DNA of 64,000 bases from Tubiluchus corallicola (Eukaryota; Animalia; Priapulida). A program made the translations under genes and the position numbers. This document shows, piece by piece, positions 1 to 12,583 of this stretch. The first letter of the stretch is position 1; every line of letters starts with the position of its first letter. The stretch spans positions 43,612 to 107,611 of the forward strand of contig JAQGDQ010000723.1 of the NCBI GenBank assembly GCA_030141605.1, written 5' to 3'. The notes under the pieces were generated by a model. That model saw nothing but the letters and a program-made list of their open reading frames with translations. It was not told where the DNA came from and made no database searches.

Positions 1-505
1 ATGACATGTGACATGTCCTGCTTATCAAAATGAGAGAAATGTTGTAATTGAAAACATTTCCTCCTTTTGCACAAATGCCTGTAAGTGAACAGTTTATGTT
101 TATTAATGGCCTAAAATGATGCAGAGATGAGAACCCTAGTAATAAACTTTATTTACGACATCAGTAAGAAAAGGAAAGAGAAACAGGATAGTAAATAATA
201 TTAATTTGAACTCGCAACCTACAAACTGTATTCTTACTTACTATTGTTGTTTTTTATGTGTTATCATTGTGCTTTTGTTAGTATTGTGCTTTTGTTATCA
301 TTGTGCTTTTGTTATCATTGTGCTTTTGTTAGTATTGTGCATTTGTTAGTATTGTGCATTTGTTAGTATTGTGCTTTTGTTATCATAGTGCATTTGTTAA
401 TATTGTACTTTTTTATATTATCGTCCCCAGTATGTTTCAGCCGCTCCATCATATGTACAGGGTCAATGCTTTTTTTCTCTTTATGTTGCATCCTCAATAA
501 ACAAA
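1..505 (+). mobile_element. Decayed LINE 3' end (ORF2 C-terminus, 3' UTR tandem repeat, polyA signal)
   Basis: CPAYQNER resembles the C-terminal CP-x-Y-xxx-R motif of LINE ORF2. It is followed by a ~19-bp tandem repeat (TTGTTATCATTGTGCTTTT-like, ~258-410) and AATAAA at ~496. Confidence 0.45.
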
Positions 506-1003
506 CAGTATATGTGTTTAAACTGTCTGCAAGTCACAATATAAAGGGCTTATTATAGAGAAAACATGTGGCTAAACGTTTTGCAAGTGAAACAAAGAAG
601 CCAAGACCAAACGAAAAAAGTAATATTTCCTTGAACTATTTGCAAGTCACCAACAGGAGGTCTAACGGGACGATTATTCTTACATTGTTAAACCTGTCTG
701 CAATTCTGTGTTGAATTTTCTATTTAAGACACCTGCGTACGTAGATTAAAGATTTCTAATCCACATTGTTGAGGGAAGTGGATAATAAGAGCTCCTCGAC
801 TTGTAAAAGTTCATTTCATACTGAGCACATCTCTAGAGCGTCCAGAGTACCAAACTCCAAGGACCTGCCAAGAGTCCGCAGCTGACCATGCCATCTTAAC
901 TCGGATCCAGGAAGGGATACTCCGTAAGTTGAAAATGAGGGCCATGTGTCTAATTTGTGTTTTTTAGGTAGAAAAACGCTAACTTTTGTCCCGTAAAAAT
1001 ATC

Positions 1004-1402
<399 letters not shown>

Positions 1403-1491
1403 TAAACTGATTTTTTCTCGTTGCTTTGTTACGGATACTATTCAGACATAATATAAATAGCTTTATTATTATATCTATTATATTATACATG

Positions 1492-1702
1492 TATAGTTAA
1501 AAACAACACAACTTTATTAAAACATTTGCATTAAAAAGTTAAAAGTTAAAATCATGCCAAACGTTTCGACTAGCTGCTGCTGTCACCATCAGTGATAAAT
1601 TTACAAATATACTACCAGTATATATAGCTAGTCGAGACGTTTGCCATGATTTTAACTTTTTAATGTAAAAGTTTTAATAAAGTTGTGTTGTTTTTAACTA
1701 TA
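1492..1702. mobile_element. Long inverted repeat, probable Penelope-like element inverted pseudo-LTR remnant with degenerate minimal hammerhead core
   Basis: Arms 1492-1575 and 1626-1702 are near reverse complements and carry AATAAAGTTGTGTTG. Minus strand 1592-1559 reads CTGATGG-T-GAC-(11 nt)-GTC-GAAACGTTT. Confidence 0.65.
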
Positions 1703-2139
1703 AATGTTTTCTATGTCTCTGTAATAAAAATATACATGTAATTCTAAATACTATAGCATTATGTTCGCCGCAATGTTAGAGATAATTATACTAGTACATA
1801 ACTTGCATAACAACATCACAGACTGTTAAAAATTACTAATTAAAAACAACTTTCACGATGAAAAGATTTTTTGATAGAACCTCAAATGCGGTACCTTATA
1901 TTTTCTAAATTTTTAATATTAATGTAATGCAACTTATTTTATTCAAAATTATGGCAGTAAAGCCATTATTATAAGTTATTATAATGTCAGCATTCGTTAT
2001 GGTCGGATTTTGCTTTAAAACATTTAGAAATACGATGCACATTTTTATGTGGACAATTGAATGGTTTGCAATGGCCTAGATCTGCCCCTAGGTCCTCTCA
2101 AAGTGCATTTTCAAGGAGGGATTCAGGTATCTCATTGAA

Positions 2140-2658
2140 GTGCTGCAAGTGAGCAAGCGCGCGAGCAAACACAGCCGGTGATTCGGTAATGTTTGGGGAG
2201 GGAACGTAAGCCGCTGATTCGAACACGCTGATTGGTCGATCAAAGTTTTGCAATCAAAAATCCGAGCTCGCGGCGAATGAGGCGATTATTAAGCAGTTCT
2301 TGAAAGCTTACATTACTAATTATACTAGGATTAGCTAGTTTAGGGACTAAAGGTTCGAGTGGCGAGCAATTTCATTAACCAGTGAGAATGGAGTTGGTCT
2401 GCAGTTAAACTTGCACGTTTACTGAAAAGTTTTAGTTTTTCCACGAAGGTTTAGCGCATCTACGGGACCTGTGACGTCACAAATAATAATTGCACCATGT
2501 GCGTATAATAGTCGATACAAGTCCTCGGAAATTCTAACGCACGCACAGGCGTACACATTCTGTATAGAAAAAACTAGAAGGGAAAGATTTAGTTTGGTTG
2601 TGGACGAAGCAAAAGGGCTTTCCGGTGTCAAAACGCTATAATTTTGGAGATATACAAG
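2140..2658 (+). promoter_or_regulatory. Putative goosecoid proximal promoter / 5' region
   Basis: CpG-richer than the flanks. Reverse CCAAT at ~2231, GGATTA (K50 homeodomain site) at 2328-2333, palindromic CRE GTGACGTCAC at 2471-2480, TATA-like TATATAA at ~2504. Confidence 0.45.
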
Positions 2659-2899
2659 ATGGCAGCCCCCGTTCCATCTACCTTTCTACCTCCTCTGCAA
2701 TATACGTACTTCCCTTCTGCTGAAAGTCTGAAACATTATTACTCGGCGATGACAAGTCCTTCTCTATTTACGATAGACAGCATCTTGGCTCCAAGACCTA
2801 TTCTAGCTAGTCCGAGACAAAGTCCATACAGTTTTCCTTCTCCTTCAAGCGCTGCAACGATCAGTCCATTCTGTTCTTCACACCACAGCAGTCTTTTCG
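2659..2899 (+). CDS. gsc: Goosecoid coding exon 1 (contains eh1/GEH repression motif)
   Basis: ATG in AAGATGG context. SLFTIDSILA is an eh1 motif. GTAAGT donor at 2900, phase 1, compatible with exon 2. Confidence 0.9.
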
Positions 2900-3202
2900 G
2901 TAAGTTTAATCATTATATTTATAGACATATTTTTTGTAAATTTTTCCTAATAATTAAGCAGGCTTCATCGCTTTCTTTTCAAGTTTGTTGAAACAAAAGG
3001 AATATTTAACATTTTATGAAGTGATAACTTAATCACATTGGCTGATTAATTAATTGTTAATCAATTGAGTGATTAATGACATTTTTTGCAAAGTGAATAA
3101 TACGTTTCAATTTCTTTTCTGGTAGAATTAAGCAATCATTTTAGAAATGACATCCTTTCCAGGACAATTTGTACATTTCCGCAGGGCAAAAACTGATACT
3201 GC

Positions 3203-3214
3203 TCTCTCTCTCCC

Positions 3215-3288
<74 letters not shown>
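3203..3288. repeat. (CT)n-(TA)n compound microsatellite
   Basis: Directly visible. Confidence 0.97.
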
Positions 3289-3291
<3 letters not shown>

Positions 3292-4609
3292 AATTTATAT
3301 CTATCTATCAACATCTTACTTGGAATATCTTAGCAGAAGCCGGAGTGCCATAAGATGATCATTTATGTATTTTACCATTATAAATTTAGATTATAATACA
3401 TTATAGAATTTTACCAAATAGTTATTAAAGTGACAAATTATATTATACACTATAATTATTGTTTTATTAAACAAGATTATACTAACTATATAACTACAAA
3501 AAATGTCGCTTAATATGCGAGCGGTTCGAAATTGATTAAACATTGCTTTATCGTTAATACAGAGTAAGCCTATACCCTAGTCCTAAATGCAGTGATTTTA
3601 GGGAAAAACGTTAAATTATCCCACTGGTGCGGTAGCTATAAGTACTAATCTTCAATAATATATTATATGTTCACGCCGTCTTAACGCAAAAATTGTACAA
3701 CTGATTTTTTTATCAAAAAGTGTAGTTAGACAAGGGATGCAAAATGATGTAATTTGCGCTGCGCTTACGTTACTTATACAGATTTCAAATTAACTGTAAA
3801 TTAAAACGTTACGATGAACTTTGCTGGAATTATTCGATTTTACTACATTTATAATGTGGCTTAAACCAGTTCATTTTGCATTTTATGAAAGCGAAAAGTT
3901 CTTACATTAAAAGAGTTACACGTATTGAAGTATCAAATTAGCTAGTATCATGTAGCTAGTAGAGAGGAACTCAAAGAACGACTAACAAACCTATACAAAG
4001 CAAACACATTACTTTTTGATATAAACAATCTTGACCCACAATTAAAAATCTTAGTTTTTCTTTCTGGTAGTTCTCTACTAAATTATGAATAGAACATCAT
4101 CGTATCACCGGATACAGCAATATACTGGCTCATCTAACCGTTTTAATTATATTAATTAACAATTGGAATAGTTATCTATATTTTGTGATAGATTTGTTTT
4201 TCCTGTTAAACTGTACTCCTGTAAATTTTGCAGCCTGAGGCAACTTGATCAGAATTTATTTGCTGTTTGCCAATGTCAATTATTTCAAATAAATGTTTAT
4301 AAAAAAAGTATCAAATTAGGCTTAACTATCTAAAACGTGATTGATACGTAATACACTAGAAATAATTTTAATAGCCTTTATAAATTTATAATCAAGTTTT
4401 GTTAAACATGTGCGTCGTAGAAGCCAGATGCCTACAAACAATAATGACATTATGTTAAATTTGAACATTATGTTAATTTAAATTTGGACAACCTATGCGA
4501 GGCCCAACTGCGCACAAGTTATATTTTCTCTCACTAATTAGTGCAATAATCATTACCTTGGTAACTGCTCTAGACATCAACAAGAGTATGCTTTCTAAAG
4601 TACTTGTAA

Positions 4610-5330
4610 TAATGAAAACTTTTCTGCTTTTGATAATTCTTTTTTCTTGCCTCAGTTAAGTGCTGGATTTACTTACGCTTGATAACTCTAGCTCTTTAAA
4701 CATCTTTAAATCTCGACTCAAGAATCACATGTGTTTTAATAAGCGACCTACTTACTTTTCGAGTGGTAGTGTGGTACTCGAAATTCATCTGCACACCATA
4801 CTAGAATGAGGGTTGATTTTTGTCAACTAAATTAAGATTTATACTTCAGAAAATGTAAAAATTACGATAGGTCGCTAGTATCACCCAATTGTCAATGTGG
4901 TTCTACTTATGAAACAGTCGGTCATTACTTAATTAGCTGCCCTCTTTACCACCAGGCCAGACGCGACTTATTTACGAATCTCTGCACTCTTTTCTCGGCT
5001 TTTAACATCAATGTTTACAGTCTTTCATCAAACAAACTTATATGTTTGTTCCTGCATGGGAACCATATCCTCTAGATAATTCTGTGAACACTCAAATTTT
5101 TGTTTTGGTGCAGTCTTTTATCTCAAACACCAAGCACTTTAAATAGTATTAACTTTGTTACTCTTGTTACATATTAATGCTTATATTTATTGCAACATTT
5201 CTTGTACATTGTGGTCACCATTGTTCTGCATGTCTAGCGTTTCGCTCCCACTACGGGAGGACATATATCAGTTGTAAAATGGTCTGTTTCAAACCTATAT
5301 GTTACACCTTCAATAAATTATGTTTAAATC
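4610..5330 (+). mobile_element. Decayed LINE 3' fragment in gsc intron 1
   Basis: 4881-4970 translates SPNCQCGSTYETVGHYLISCPLYHQARRDL, the CCHC-type C-terminal motif of non-LTR ORF2. AATAAA at ~5312. Boundaries are approximate. Confidence 0.7.
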
Positions 5331-7053
5331 AAAGTACTTGCAACTTAAATAGGCTAATAAACAAAAATGTTCTTTTCTCTACTTTTATGCTTAATATAAA
5401 TTATTTCTGCCCAATTTCATTACTTTTATGATCGTTTATGAATAGGTTCTCTTGAGTAATCTCGACTGAAAATCTTTAAATTTGCGTGATTTAGTGATAA
5501 GCAATTTACTCTGTCTGTCCTTATTGTTTGTTAAATTTACCTGCTTATTTACCGATTTACATCACATTAGATAGAAAAAAATTTTAAAAGCACACAAAAA
5601 AACAGATAGGCTTGTACAATGCACCTATAAAGGCCCATATCGTTCTTCTAGGTAGACGCAATATTAGGCTACAACAATGCGGCTATGTATATTTCATCCG
5701 CAACTCAGACACTCAGATAAGGCAAAAGTAATTATAATGCACAAGAAAATTATAATAGAATTTGAATTATCGAATATAGTGTCATAAACCTATCTATACA
5801 ATCATTAAACGTACTAGGCATAAATGTCATTCTACTTAAGTCTCATACAGGCTTGACCGTTTATATATAAATAAAGTAGATATGAATTTAAGTGACAACA
5901 CTAGCTTGTATATAACTTAATTGGCAAACTTATTGAAATAAATATGCCTATTTATTTGTTTATTCATTCAGTTTTGTTAATTTTACATCTTATTTTTTTC
6001 ATTTACTTATTCATTCTTTTCATTTACGTATTTACCTAAGAATACGTTTTTCATCTGTTTAATTAGTTATTTTTCAATCAAGTATTTTTAGTTCAATTAT
6101 ATCATGACTGTGAACACTAGAATGTTCATAAACAATTGCAGTTTATTTTATAACAATTTTTACCAATTACGGGTAATGATTTGAAGAAGAAAGATTATCT
6201 TAATCTATCTTATCTCTATATCTTAATCTAATTTATCTTAATATATACTTACGCTATAAACTTACTGTTACTAAATCCTTTTAATGCCATTCTCTTACAA
6301 CGAGACGCAAACTAAATATGGACTATATCTAAAATAATTTTACAATGTAGTATCCACTACCTATGGCTTAGAATTATTTTTTATTATTCAACACCAATAA
6401 AATTAACTTCAAACTCCAGCTTGTAAGCAAATGGCTTAAGCTGTAAAACCAGCGCTTTTTGTTATAATTAGATTATAACGTAAATGCAGGTAAAATCACA
6501 TTATACAATGAAAATCTTAGTAGTTTAATGTTATATTAAAATAAAATTTTATTGTTTAGTTGCTTAATTACCTGTGTTGTTGTCTATTTATTCATACATT
6601 TGTCTGTCTGTGTGTCTGTCCATCCATCTATTCATCTATCTATCTGAAGTCTATCACTGCTAGCGCGTATGACAGCTAGGTCTTACACTACTGTTACTTT
6701 GAACGAAGATAAACGCCAAACGTTATTATAAACAATTGCTTACAGTGGTATAGGCCTAATACCTGACGAATAACGTACTTATTTAGTTAGCTAATTAGGC
6801 CTACAGGCTTGCATTTTTGCTGAAGTTTTACCTATGCTGGTCTGATTGCCTATCATTATTATAAAGTACTTATGCACGTAAATGTGTACGCTATTAAATT
6901 TAGGATTATTCTGTCACATTAAATATAAAAATAGCAGTTCATTTATTCCCTCACAATAATTGTATATGTAATAGCATTACATGCTTCCTCGCACTGTGAG
7001 ACGCGTGATCCTAGATTTATCTGTTTACGACTGTTTGTTTGTTTGTTCATTAG

Positions 7054-7256
7054 GTTACAATCCCTATACCTCCCCGTATTCACTGGTCAGCGAACTGACA
7101 GGCAGATCCTCAAAACGAAAGAGAAGACACCGGACAATATTCACTGAAGAGCAACTGGAGCAACTAGAAAACACATTTGACAAGACACATTACCCCGATG
7201 TATTGCTCCGCGAGGAACTAGCTGCAAAAGTAGATCTGAAAGAAGAACGAGTGGAG
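7054..7256 (+). CDS. gsc: Goosecoid coding exon 2 (homeodomain helices 1-2 and start of helix 3)
   Basis: [51 protein letters not shown] acceptor ends at 7053 and GTGAGT donor starts at 7257, the typical paired-class intron position. Confidence 0.97.
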
Positions 7257-7353
7257 GTGAGTCAAAAGCTTAGCTGATTTGAAAAAACAAACACGTGACC
7301 CAATAATTTGGAGCACTTGGTAATTGGGAATTTTAGGAGTTGTTCGAAAAATG

Positions 7354-7480
7354 ACACCAATAGCTCAATGGTAGCGTGCTCGCTTCTCACTCGGGAGGTC
7401 ACTGGTTCAACTGCCAACCGAGTCTGGCCAAACTTGAAAAATGATACGCCAGGTTCTTCGGCCAAGCACGCGGGCTTATC
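7354..7480 (+). mobile_element. tRNA-derived SINE head (degenerate)
   Basis: A-box TAGCTCAATGG and B-box GGTTCAACT at tRNA-like spacing, followed by non-tRNA body with no acceptor stem. Confidence 0.55.
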
Positions 7481-7722
7481 GAAGTAACATGTGGGGAAAT
7501 AATAATCGGTACGACCTTGGTAATAAATAATGTGTTACTTTAGGCATTATCTTAATCATTAAATCAATTATTTAACTTCAGCAGTACATATACAAAACCA
7601 CAACATGCAATATGATTAGAAAAAAACCAGTATAGGTAAAAACACTAATGAAGTCATATTAACCAAGAGCATATGCAATACCTCTCGACTATGTCCTTAT
7701 GATGATAATGACCAGAAGTAGC

Positions 7723-7942
7723 TGTGATATCTTTGTATGAACATCAAGTAAGTTAAGGAAGTTTGAATTGGTTTAAGCAGCGCACGCTTACGGAAAGCCA
7801 CGATCGGCTTACGAAAAGTCACGAAGTTCACAAGTTACAACACAAATTTGAGGTGAATGGAGGCATCCACCGCGCATGAAAATTTCTATACAACAGTAGT
7901 ATAAAAGACTATATGCTTTATAGATAGTTTTTGTGCAAATTT
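7723..7942 (+). repeat. Dispersed repeat, copy 1 (copy 2 at ~12365-12583)
   Basis: About 220 bp near-identical direct copies (GAAGTTTGAATTGGTTTAAGCAGCG...TTTTGTGCAAATT). A more diverged partial copy follows at ~7970-8160. Confidence 0.85.
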
Positions 7943-9020
7943 AGGTAATGAACTTTAGGTAAGCTACAGATGTTTGAATTAGTGTAAGCTGTCGGCACTT
8001 ACGAAAAGCCAGTTGCGTTTGCAAAGAATCGCGAAGTCCACCAGTTACGTCATAACTTTCAACTGATGGCGACGCCACCGTGCTGAAAATTTCTATAGTG
8101 CCATAGTGTAAAATCACTTTCTAGACAATTTTTTCGCCATTCTGTTTGTTACATTTTTCTATATTTAGGTGATCATAGTAAAATAAACCCAACATGCTAA
8201 ATTACTTGTCTTCTCCTTTAATAACATCGCATTTGTCACCTTACAGCTCAACTTCTGATTAAAAGCTGATCTGAAATTTGCTAAATTAGACGCTTTTGTG
8301 CAAAGCGTAAAATAGGTGAAATAACATCGTCAGTGTGAAAAGTAATGCGTGACACTGGTACTGCCTGAAGGTAACTAAGCAATCACGTAAAGGTATGAAT
8401 TAGGTAGCTAGGATCCAAAGCAACAAGAGGCCATTTTGAATGCTGAAATAATTAATCTTGACTTGATTAACTTACTCAAGTGTGATGTACGATCTTGTTG
8501 CATAGAAAAGATTATCTGCAGATATCATAATATACGTTTTACGTCACTGGGTTTCATTTTAAGACTTTGAGAAATTAAGTAAATTTCCTGTTCTAATTTA
8601 AAATTTCTAGACTACCGATGAACAATATATTTAAATTTACTTCTAGGACATGTAATAAACCTGTATAAACTAAACAAATAATCGAAAAAAAGAGTAAGCC
8701 CCATCAAGTAACTAAAAACAGACGAGAAATTAAAATGTTTAATAGATCATCACTTTATTGCATTTTAGACCCCCCCCCCAAATTCATGCATTTTAGATAC
8801 CTAAATTCAATGTTGAAAAATTATGTTTGCATTGTGATTCAATCTAGAGTACAAGTAAGAAGTAAAAATTATACAACACGTCTTAATTTAAAGTAGAACA
8901 CATATCTCAAATCAATGGTGAAAATATTTTGTCAATAAAATATTTATGTGATAAATGTCTTAGCTAAGAGTAGGGCGAAAATATGAAGTTTTTGTAAAGT
9001 AAGTGCAGTATTGTGATTCA

Positions 9021-9140
9021 GTTTACGGCTATATCACGTTGAAAACACCGGTTCTCGTCTGATCACCGAAGTTAAACAACGTAGAGCCTGGTTAGTACTT
9101 GGATGGGTAACCACCTAGGAATACCAGGGGCTGTAGGCTT
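9021..9140 (+). pseudogene. 5S rRNA-derived sequence (head of the retroposon; probably not a functional 5S gene)
   Basis: Matches the invertebrate 5S consensus as I recall it, including internal control boxes (AGTTAAACAAC; GGATGGGTAACC). Several differences look like CpG-decay transitions. Confidence 0.85.
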
Positions 9141-9571
9141 GCGGGATGCCCACACTGTATCTCGACACTAAGCGGAGGAGCTGCACAAGCAGCCAACGGC
9201 TAGAGGGCAGAGGAGGTCAAGTGACCCAACGGCCATGTGTAGAGGAGTAAACCTTCCAAATCAGGAGTGGAGCCCCGAAGACGGACCAGTGCAGCATGCT
9301 CACTGACTCCAGCCGCTCCTGCAGCCAACCTGGTGCCAAACGTATCGTTCCGCTTTCATTTTGGACTACACCGGGGAGGAAGAGAGGGGCTTCCTGTTGT
9401 CTGGGCAACTCAGGATCTCCATACACCTTGCCTAGGCGTGCGCCCTGGAGACGTTCAAGAATCGGACTGCTCAGCCACAGTCGACGCTGCAGCTCCATCA
9501 AAGTGATCAATAACTGACTCTCTTGGCGCACACTCCATTGTCTTCCAAGACAGAAGGATGCCAACAACAAC
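9021..9571 (+). mobile_element. 5S rRNA-headed retroposon (SINE3-like or 5S/RTE chimera) with (CAA)n tail and TSD
   Basis: Full-length 5S sequence at 9021-9140 with no T-run terminator, then a GC-rich body ending GACAGAAGGATGC(CAA)3C. ATTGTGATTCA is duplicated at 9010-9020 and 9572-9582. Confidence 0.85.
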
Positions 9572-10211
9572 ATTGTGATTCAGTGTTGACTTCATATAAA
9601 AATTAAATTCGTGTTCAATGCACATGTACAGGTTAATTGTTATGTACGCGCACAATAAAATGCTTGTACAACCTCAACGCTATTAATTAATAAGTATTAA
9701 TAAGCGTGATTCAATGCAGAGTATACAAATATAAGAGTGAATAAAATGATATAAAAGAATCACAGGATACTAAGAACGACTTAAGTACTTCAAGGTAACA
9801 ACGTAAACCTTGCTTTAATGTAAGTAAATTAATGTGAGATGAAATTAATTTTAGCGTGATATGGGTCACCAAAGTTGTATAAGTACAAAAGACCATGACT
9901 CACTGTTGAATACATGTATGTACCTAATAATGTTTGTGTAATACAAGCACGTATGAAACCTGTTCGGATTATGGCTTCATCAAGATTTAATGCGCCGATT
10001 CGAATCCGTCAATCCCAAATGCAAACTGAGTCTCTGATTCCAACCTTAATCCGAACCAACTGCCAACTCTTACACATGCTAATACGGTTCTTCAGTATTA
10101 TCCGCTCATCAGGGCTACTAATTTTAATCACGTCCATTCCAAGAGCTGCAGGTCGTAGCATATAAGTTGTCCTAGATTTGTATTTAACTCGTTTTTATAC
10201 ATAAACATATA

Positions 10212-10780
10212 GGGGAGACCCGGGTAAAGTGGATCACTTAAGGGTTTCCATTCATAGAGTTCAAGACGTTTGATCTGTAACATGCCCTATTCTTCCGTAG
10301 GAAACTCTGCTATATTCATGTGGTATAATTACTATTACTCGTTTAACAGATAATTCCGAAATACGAAACCAAAATTTCTAGGGCAAAGTGGATCTCTTCC
10401 AAGCATAGTGGATCATACCGGAGCGGTTGAGTTCAACTAACTAACAATATTTATTAAATCGATTTTGTTTATTTTGCAAAAGTAAATTGATATGAAGCAG
10501 CAATGAACCATCCATCATATGTAAAAACAGTAGCGAATAAATTTGCACTAAGTGGAATTTATCATCTATAAAAGTGAACAATCGCAAGAAAGTGGGTGAA
10601 AAGTTTATTTTTGTGTACCGCGTTTAGACAAACTTTGCAAAGATCGAGGTCGTTTATGCAGAGTACACAGTAGATGATGACGTAACATCACACAGTGCGT
10701 AGACCGCGACGCCTTACGGAAAAAAGAGCAAACACATTTGATCCGCTTTGCCCAGTGATCCACTTTACCCGGGTCTCCCC
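10212..10780. mobile_element. pogo-type (Tc1/mariner superfamily) MITE
   Basis: Perfect 27-bp TIR GGGGAGACCCGGGTAAAGTGGATCACT (10212-10238 / 10754-10780), TA on both flanks, internal repeat of the TIR motif at ~10381. Confidence 0.9.
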
Positions 10781-12364
10781 TATATATATATAATTGTCTA
10801 TATATTTGTATACATAATTATATATTCCATTTTTAAAAGAATTTACTTCCGAGTACAACCAACAGCCGCTAAGGACGAGCATTCTTTACCACAAAGTGAA
10901 TTCGAATTGAATCGAACGTCTGACTTTCGAATTTTATCTGAAGTTTAACGATTTTCGAATCACTAATAAAAAGCGGTCTCACAAAAGTCGTGTATATTAC
11001 ATGATTTTGTTCTGCAGTAAAAACACTAATAAAAATACCATGCTTAAAACCTAGACACAGAAATCACAGATAAATTGTGCTAGTTGCATGATGTTTCAAA
11101 CATTTTAATGATAAAGAACACATGAAGCTGAAGTGCTGAATTACTCCAATCTGTAATTTTAGGCTCGAGCCGAATTCGAACGAAAAAACTCGTTTAAATC
11201 GAATTAGAATTCTATTTGATATACACTCCCAGGGCCAACACGAACCAACATGATGAAAGATCGCTAAGTAGTAATAGCAAGTAGTTTCAAAACTTTCTTG
11301 GCACAATGTTTCCTTAAAAAGTTTGTTTAATGCTCTACAGCCAGTAGATGGCGCTCGTGATAGATTTTCACGGTCTATTTGTTGCAATTTCAGTTAATAA
11401 TAATATATAATAATAATAATTTCAGTTAATAATAATATATAATAATAGTAATATCTTTATTTAAGAAAGCTACTTACAATCCCAAGAAAAGATTATAATA
11501 AAAACACGTTAAAATATTGTTTATTTTATTAAACTTAAATAGACGGTTGGCCCAAAGTTATGGAAAAGGATCGAAATTCATAGAATTTTAATTAATTTTA
11601 CCTGATTTTAACTTACGTTAATGTTTTACCGAAAAACAAAAAATTTACTGAACTATTTTTACAACATTATTTTTCGGCATTTTAATAGTTTTCTTTACAA
11701 TATTTATGAAAGTTCTGCGTTCATTAATGTCCTGTTCACCTCTCTCTCTCACCTGTTCACCTCTCTCTCTCACCTGTTCATTCTCAAATTCATGGAAGGA
11801 TTCTGTTGATTACATAGTAACACCCTGGTATATTCGTTTATGAAAGTGGTACAAAAAACAGATTTTAGCGCTTATATCTTAACGCTCTTCCATTAATGAC
11901 GTCGTTCGTTGGTTGAAAAACAGCAGTGCACTGCAAATTTATGTCAAAAGCAGAATAAGTTTTTACACAAAATTAGATATAGTATCAGCTTATGGTGTTG
12001 GGTCTTATTTATCCGCTAGCTGTTCCATTCAGTATAGCAGGTTATACTAGAATAATGCAATATGAACTAATTACTGCACAGAATGTTTAATTTTATTAAA
12101 GGAAAGATCAAGCCTTCTGGGAAGTTAGGCTTATATTCAATAATCCAGAAAAATGCTAGAAGGATTTAGTAATAAAAGTGTGTTAAGCGCCTCGTGTAAT
12201 CAGTAAAATCACTACAAAGTTGCGATCATTTTACGTTTGGGAGGCCATTTTGAACGCTCATTCTTCCACCAATGACGTCGTTCATCGGTTAAGGAAAAGC
12301 AGCAGACTGACATTTTTCGTCAAAAGTATAATAAAATGCTATAAAAAAATTGGATAGCTAATTT

Positions 12365-12583
12365 TGTGATATTTTTGTATGAACATGAAGTAAGTTGCGG
12401 AAGTTTGAATTGGTTTAAGCAGCGTGCGCTTACGGAAAGCCACGATCCGCTTACGGAAAGTCACGAAGTTCACAAGTTACCTCATAAATTTGAGATGAAT
12501 GGATCCAGCCACCGCGCATGAAAATTTCTATAAAACAGTAGTATAAAAGACTATATGCTTTATAGATAGTTTTTGTGCAAATT
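12365..12583 (+). repeat. Dispersed repeat, copy 2
   Basis: Direct copy of 7723-7942. Confidence 0.85.

Noticed and set aside
9021-9140. Functional 5S rRNA gene
   Set aside because: No oligo-T terminator, several substitutions, single copy, and embedded in a TSD-flanked insertion.
9217-9655. Overlapping ORFs in the GC-rich segment
   Set aside because: Chance ORFs within the retroposon body with no recognisable motifs.
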